From the NCBI GenBank assembly GCA_000992345.1, contig LBUA01000001.1, positions 81,711 to 145,710 of the forward strand: a stretch of DNA of 64,000 nucleotides. The letters run 5' to 3'. The first letter of the stretch is position 1; every line of letters starts with the position of its first letter. The translations under genes were made by a program, and so were the position numbers. The notes under the pieces were generated by a model. It was not told where the DNA came from, did no database searches, and saw only the letters and a list, made by a program, of their open reading frames with translations. Positions 61,185-64,000 of this stretch are shown here, piece by piece. Source of the DNA: Parcubacteria group bacterium GW2011_GWD2_38_12 (GTDB lineage: Bacteria > Patescibacteriota > Minisyncoccia > GWC2-36-17).

Positions 61185-61526
61185 TTACTCAAGTTGCTTT
61201 TCTGTCAATGACACGAGGCACTTTACGGATCCATCAAATCTTTGAGAGCCAATCCATTGATCACATTTTGCGCAAATCAAGAAATATTCAAATGAAGCGT
61301 CGCTTCTGGCATTATATCTCTTAATTATTTTTCCATTATGTTTGCATCTTTTTGATCTTGCTTTTTTTAATGTGCTCAGTTTCATCTCCAATGTAGTTTT
61401 CTCGTCTTCCAATTTCTGTATTTCCGCCTGCACCCTTTTTTGCATTTTTTCTATTTTAATGTTCCAATAAGCAACCCCTTTGTCTATCTTGTTGATTTGA
61501 TCTTTTATTTTCACTTCTCTTTTCAT
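61185..61526 (-). CDS. Hypothetical coiled-coil protein with C-terminal zinc ribbon
   Basis: Coiled-coil N-region. CKHNG...CAKCDQ pair. Confidence 0.4.
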   Translation of the reverse strand: MKREVKIKDQINKIDKGVAYWNIKIEKMQKRVQAEIQKLEDEKTTLEMKLSTLKKARSKRCKHNGKIIKRYNARSDASFEYFLICAKCDQWIGSQRFDGSVKCLVSLTEKQLE

Positions 61527-61649
61527 CTCTCCCTCCTTACTGGGTTTGTAAAATTAAAGTTTTTTTGTGAAATCCGCTCTCTGGTATTGTTTGTTTCGAC
61601 TGTACGTTGGCTTTGCATTTTGCATTTTTAGTTTTACGTTTTCTTTGTA

Positions 61650-63764
61650 TCATATCTCTATAATTACTGGCAATATCATCGGACGGCGTTGAGTTTGTTG
61701 AAATAAATATTGTCCGATTTTATCGCGAATATTATCTTTGACATATTCATAATTTGCCTCTGCATCCGCTCTGGATGCTGATTTCTCAACAATATATTTG
61801 GCGCGTTTTCTTACTTCGGAAAGCAATTCTCTCGCTTCGCGAAGGTATACAAACCCGCGCGAAATAATATCGGGGTTACCACGCACTTTACCCGTTTTAC
61901 TGTCTATCACTGCAATGATTACAAACATTCCGTCTTCCGCAAGCATTCTTCTATCGCGAAGCACAACTTCTCCAATATCTCCGACGCCAAGTCCATCAAC
62001 CATAACATAATTTGCCGGAACAACCTGCTTAATAATATTTATCTTGGACGGATTTAATTCTAAAATATCGCCATTTTCAATAAGGCCTATATTTTCATCG
62101 GTATATCCCAAACCCTTAGCCAATTCAGCATGAAGCTGTAGCATATAAAATTGACCGTGAATGGGCACAAAATATCTCGGCTTTATCAGAGATATCATCA
62201 TTTTTAGATCTTCCACCTGCGCATGACCGGAAGCGTGAATATCCATCATTTTATAATGGAAAATTTTCGCACCTTGACGCGCGATTAAATCTTTTAAAAA
62301 CTGCACTGTCCTTTCATTGCCCGGCACCACAGAAGAGGAGAATACAACAGTGTCGTTTTTATGAAGACGGACAAATCTATGCTCACGATTAACTATACGC
62401 ATCAGCGCTGCGCTACTTTCTCCCTGCGCGCCCGTGCATATAATCACGGCTTTATTATGCGGATATTCATCAATATCTTTTATATCAATTATTGTGCCTT
62501 TCTGAATTTTTAAATATCCCAATTCCCTCGCGATTTCCACATTAGATTTCATACTATACCCCTCAATAGCAACTTTGCGGCCATGAGCTTCTGCCAGCAT
62601 GATTATTTGTTGAACCCTGGATAAAAGAGAGGAAAAGGTGGATACAATTAGTCTGCCTTGAGTGTTCTGAAAAACTTCATCAAGATTTTTCATAATAACC
62701 GATTCGGATAAAGTACTGCCAGCCTGTTCCACGCCGGTGCTGTCGGAAAGTAACGCTAAAATACCTTTCTCGCCAAATTTGGAAAATACATTTAAATCAG
62801 TCGGATAGTCACCAACCGGAGTAAAATCAAATTTAAAATCGCAAGTATGAATAACCGTTCCGACAGGAGTATGTATGGCAAGCCCGATGGCATCGGGAAT
62901 ATTGTGATTTATATGGTATGCCTCAACAGTAAAATGCCCAAGGGAAATCGGCTCTATTTTTGATTTATCAATTGGGTGTATTTCCAGTTTGAGCAAATTA
63001 GGAAATTCCTCTTGCCTTTTTAAAATTATCCCGCGCGAAAGGGGGGTGGCAAAAATCGGCGGATTACCCAATTTTTCAATCAAATAAGGAATTGCTCCAA
63101 TGTGGTCAAAATGTCCATGAGTGATAAATATGCCGCGAATATTCTTTTCTTTTCCCTTGAGATAAGAGATATTGGGAATAATAAAATCTACGCCAGGCAT
63201 ATCCTCTTCGCGGAAACGAAGTCCCACATCTACAATTATAATATCGTCTTTATATTCTAAAACCATCATATTGCGTCCAACTTCACCAAAACCTCCGAGC
63301 GGCACAATTTTTAAATTCTCGTTTGCAATATCAATCGGAAAAGTTGGCATCTCCTGAAAAGCAAATTCCCCCTCTCTTGGGATAGAAGGGTGAAATCTCA
63401 TCTGTTGCGGCCTCATTCTTGATCGTCCGGATCGTTTCGATTCCGTCTGTCTTGTTTCTCCGGCAGACTCGCCTGTACGAGTAGGTCTTCCTGCATAAGC
63501 AGGTCTTCTTTGCCCATCGCGAGATTGGAGCGGCGGACGAGAACCAGCAAATCTACTGCGCTCCGGGACTGTTTTTTGCAAATCTCGTTTTGGTTGAATT
63601 TGTCCGGCTTGACCCAAGGATACATCTTTACGCCCAAAACCAGCGCTAAAACCAGGGGGGGAATATTTTCTTTGCCCCTGTCCGTATCTTCTTCCCGTAT
63701 GACGTTGTCCCGGATACGCTCTTCTTATGGGCGTATGGGATGTTTTTTTCTCTTGTTCTTCCAT
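61650..63764 (-). CDS. rnj: Ribonuclease J (beta-CASP metallo-beta-lactamase) with ~125-aa Arg/Gly/Gln-rich N-terminal extension
   Basis: IFITHGHFDHIGAIPYL (HxHxDH), beta-CASP motifs, and a C-terminal domain. The N-terminal region is low-complexity and GC-rich. Confidence 0.85.
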   Translation of the reverse strand: MEEQEKKTSHTPIRRAYPGQRHTGRRYGQGQRKYSPPGFSAGFGRKDVSLGQAGQIQPKRDLQKTVPERSRFAGSRPPLQSRDGQRRPAYAGRPTRTGESAGETRQTESKRSGRSRMRPQQMRFHPSIPREGEFAFQEMPTFPIDIANENLKIVPLGGFGEVGRNMMVLEYKDDIIIVDVGLRFREEDMPGVDFIIPNISYLKGKEKNIRGIFITHGHFDHIGAIPYLIEKLGNPPIFATPLSRGIILKRQEEFPNLLKLEIHPIDKSKIEPISLGHFTVEAYHINHNIPDAIGLAIHTPVGTVIHTCDFKFDFTPVGDYPTDLNVFSKFGEKGILALLSDSTGVEQAGSTLSESVIMKNLDEVFQNTQGRLIVSTFSSLLSRVQQIIMLAEAHGRKVAIEGYSMKSNVEIARELGYLKIQKGTIIDIKDIDEYPHNKAVIICTGAQGESSAALMRIVNREHRFVRLHKNDTVVFSSSVVPGNERTVQFLKDLIARQGAKIFHYKMMDIHASGHAQVEDLKMMISLIKPRYFVPIHGQFYMLQLHAELAKGLGYTDENIGLIENGDILELNPSKINIIKQVVPANYVMVDGLGVGDIGEVVLRDRRMLAEDGMFVIIAVIDSKTGKVRGNPDIISRGFVYLREARELLSEVRKRAKYIVEKSASRADAEANYEYVKDNIRDKIGQYLFQQTQRRPMILPVIIEI

Positions 63765-63795
63765 AATTTAATATCTTAGTGTGTTAATTAATAAT

Positions 63796-63879
63796 GGTGC
63801 CGATGGAGGGATTTGAACCCTCAAGCCTTGCAGCACACGCTCCTGAAGCGTGCGTGTTTGCCAATTTCACCACATCGGC
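63796..63879 (-). tRNA. tRNA-Leu (anticodon CAG), type II with long variable arm
   Basis: Reverse complement reads GCCGATGTGGTGAAATTGGCAAACACGCACGCTTCAGGAGCGTGTGCTGCAAGGCTTGAGGGTTCAAATCCCTCCATCGGCACCA. Anticodon loop UUCAGGA. Confidence 0.8.
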
Positions 63880-64000
63880 ATTGGAGAGTGAAATAAATCT
63901 GCGCCTTGCCCCGCCCCAAATACGCAAAATTTATTTATTCAAGGCGTTTTTTAATTCATCTATTAGGGGGGTCAAAATCGGATCCTGATTTTTTATATCA

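Overview
This is an AT-rich (about 33% GC), gene-dense window that looks like a CPR/Patescibacteria-type genome. Codon usage is AT-biased, ribosomal proteins IF-1, S9 and S6 carry terminal extensions, the 16S has diverged universal-primer sites, and the 16S is not followed by a 23S. Conserved housekeeping content: the alpha ribosomal operon (infA-rpmJ-rpsM-rpsK-rpsD-rpoA-rplQ), then rplM-rpsI. rpsF-ssb-rpsR. rpsP. aaRS genes cysS, trpS, tyrS, alaS (short form) and thrS. Replication/repair genes dnaE, priA, rnhB and ssb. fmt-def-xer. Cell-envelope genes ddl, uppS and a TagA/WecB family protein. rnj and ychF. One 16S rRNA. Four tRNAs (Lys-TTT, Ala-TGC, Ile-GAT, Leu-CAG). Four histidine kinases with no response regulator. 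Most interesting: (i) a six-gene co-directional operon at 43-6327. It encodes a Nudix hydrolase, a Tmk-like kinase with an extra C-terminal domain, an MccB/ThiF-like E1 adenylyltransferase with a ~95-aa N-terminal extension, a Leu/Glu-type amino-acid dehydrogenase, a PaaK-like adenylate-forming enzyme and a long nitroreductase-family flavoprotein. This is a candidate undescribed nucleotide/amino-acid (peptide) conjugate or modification pathway. (ii) A dcd / NDT-like / long ThyX-family cluster in which the ThyX-family protein has lost both arginines of the RHR motif in its N-domain but carries an RHR tripeptide in its extra C-terminal half. (iii) A single ~50% GC gene flanked by 13-bp inverted repeats, a likely foreign cassette. 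(iv) Several unexplained repeat/structured elements, at 17255-17900, 49400-49537, in the rpsF-ssb-rpsR intergenic regions and at 57465-57610. No CRISPR array, transposase or canonical IS was seen.
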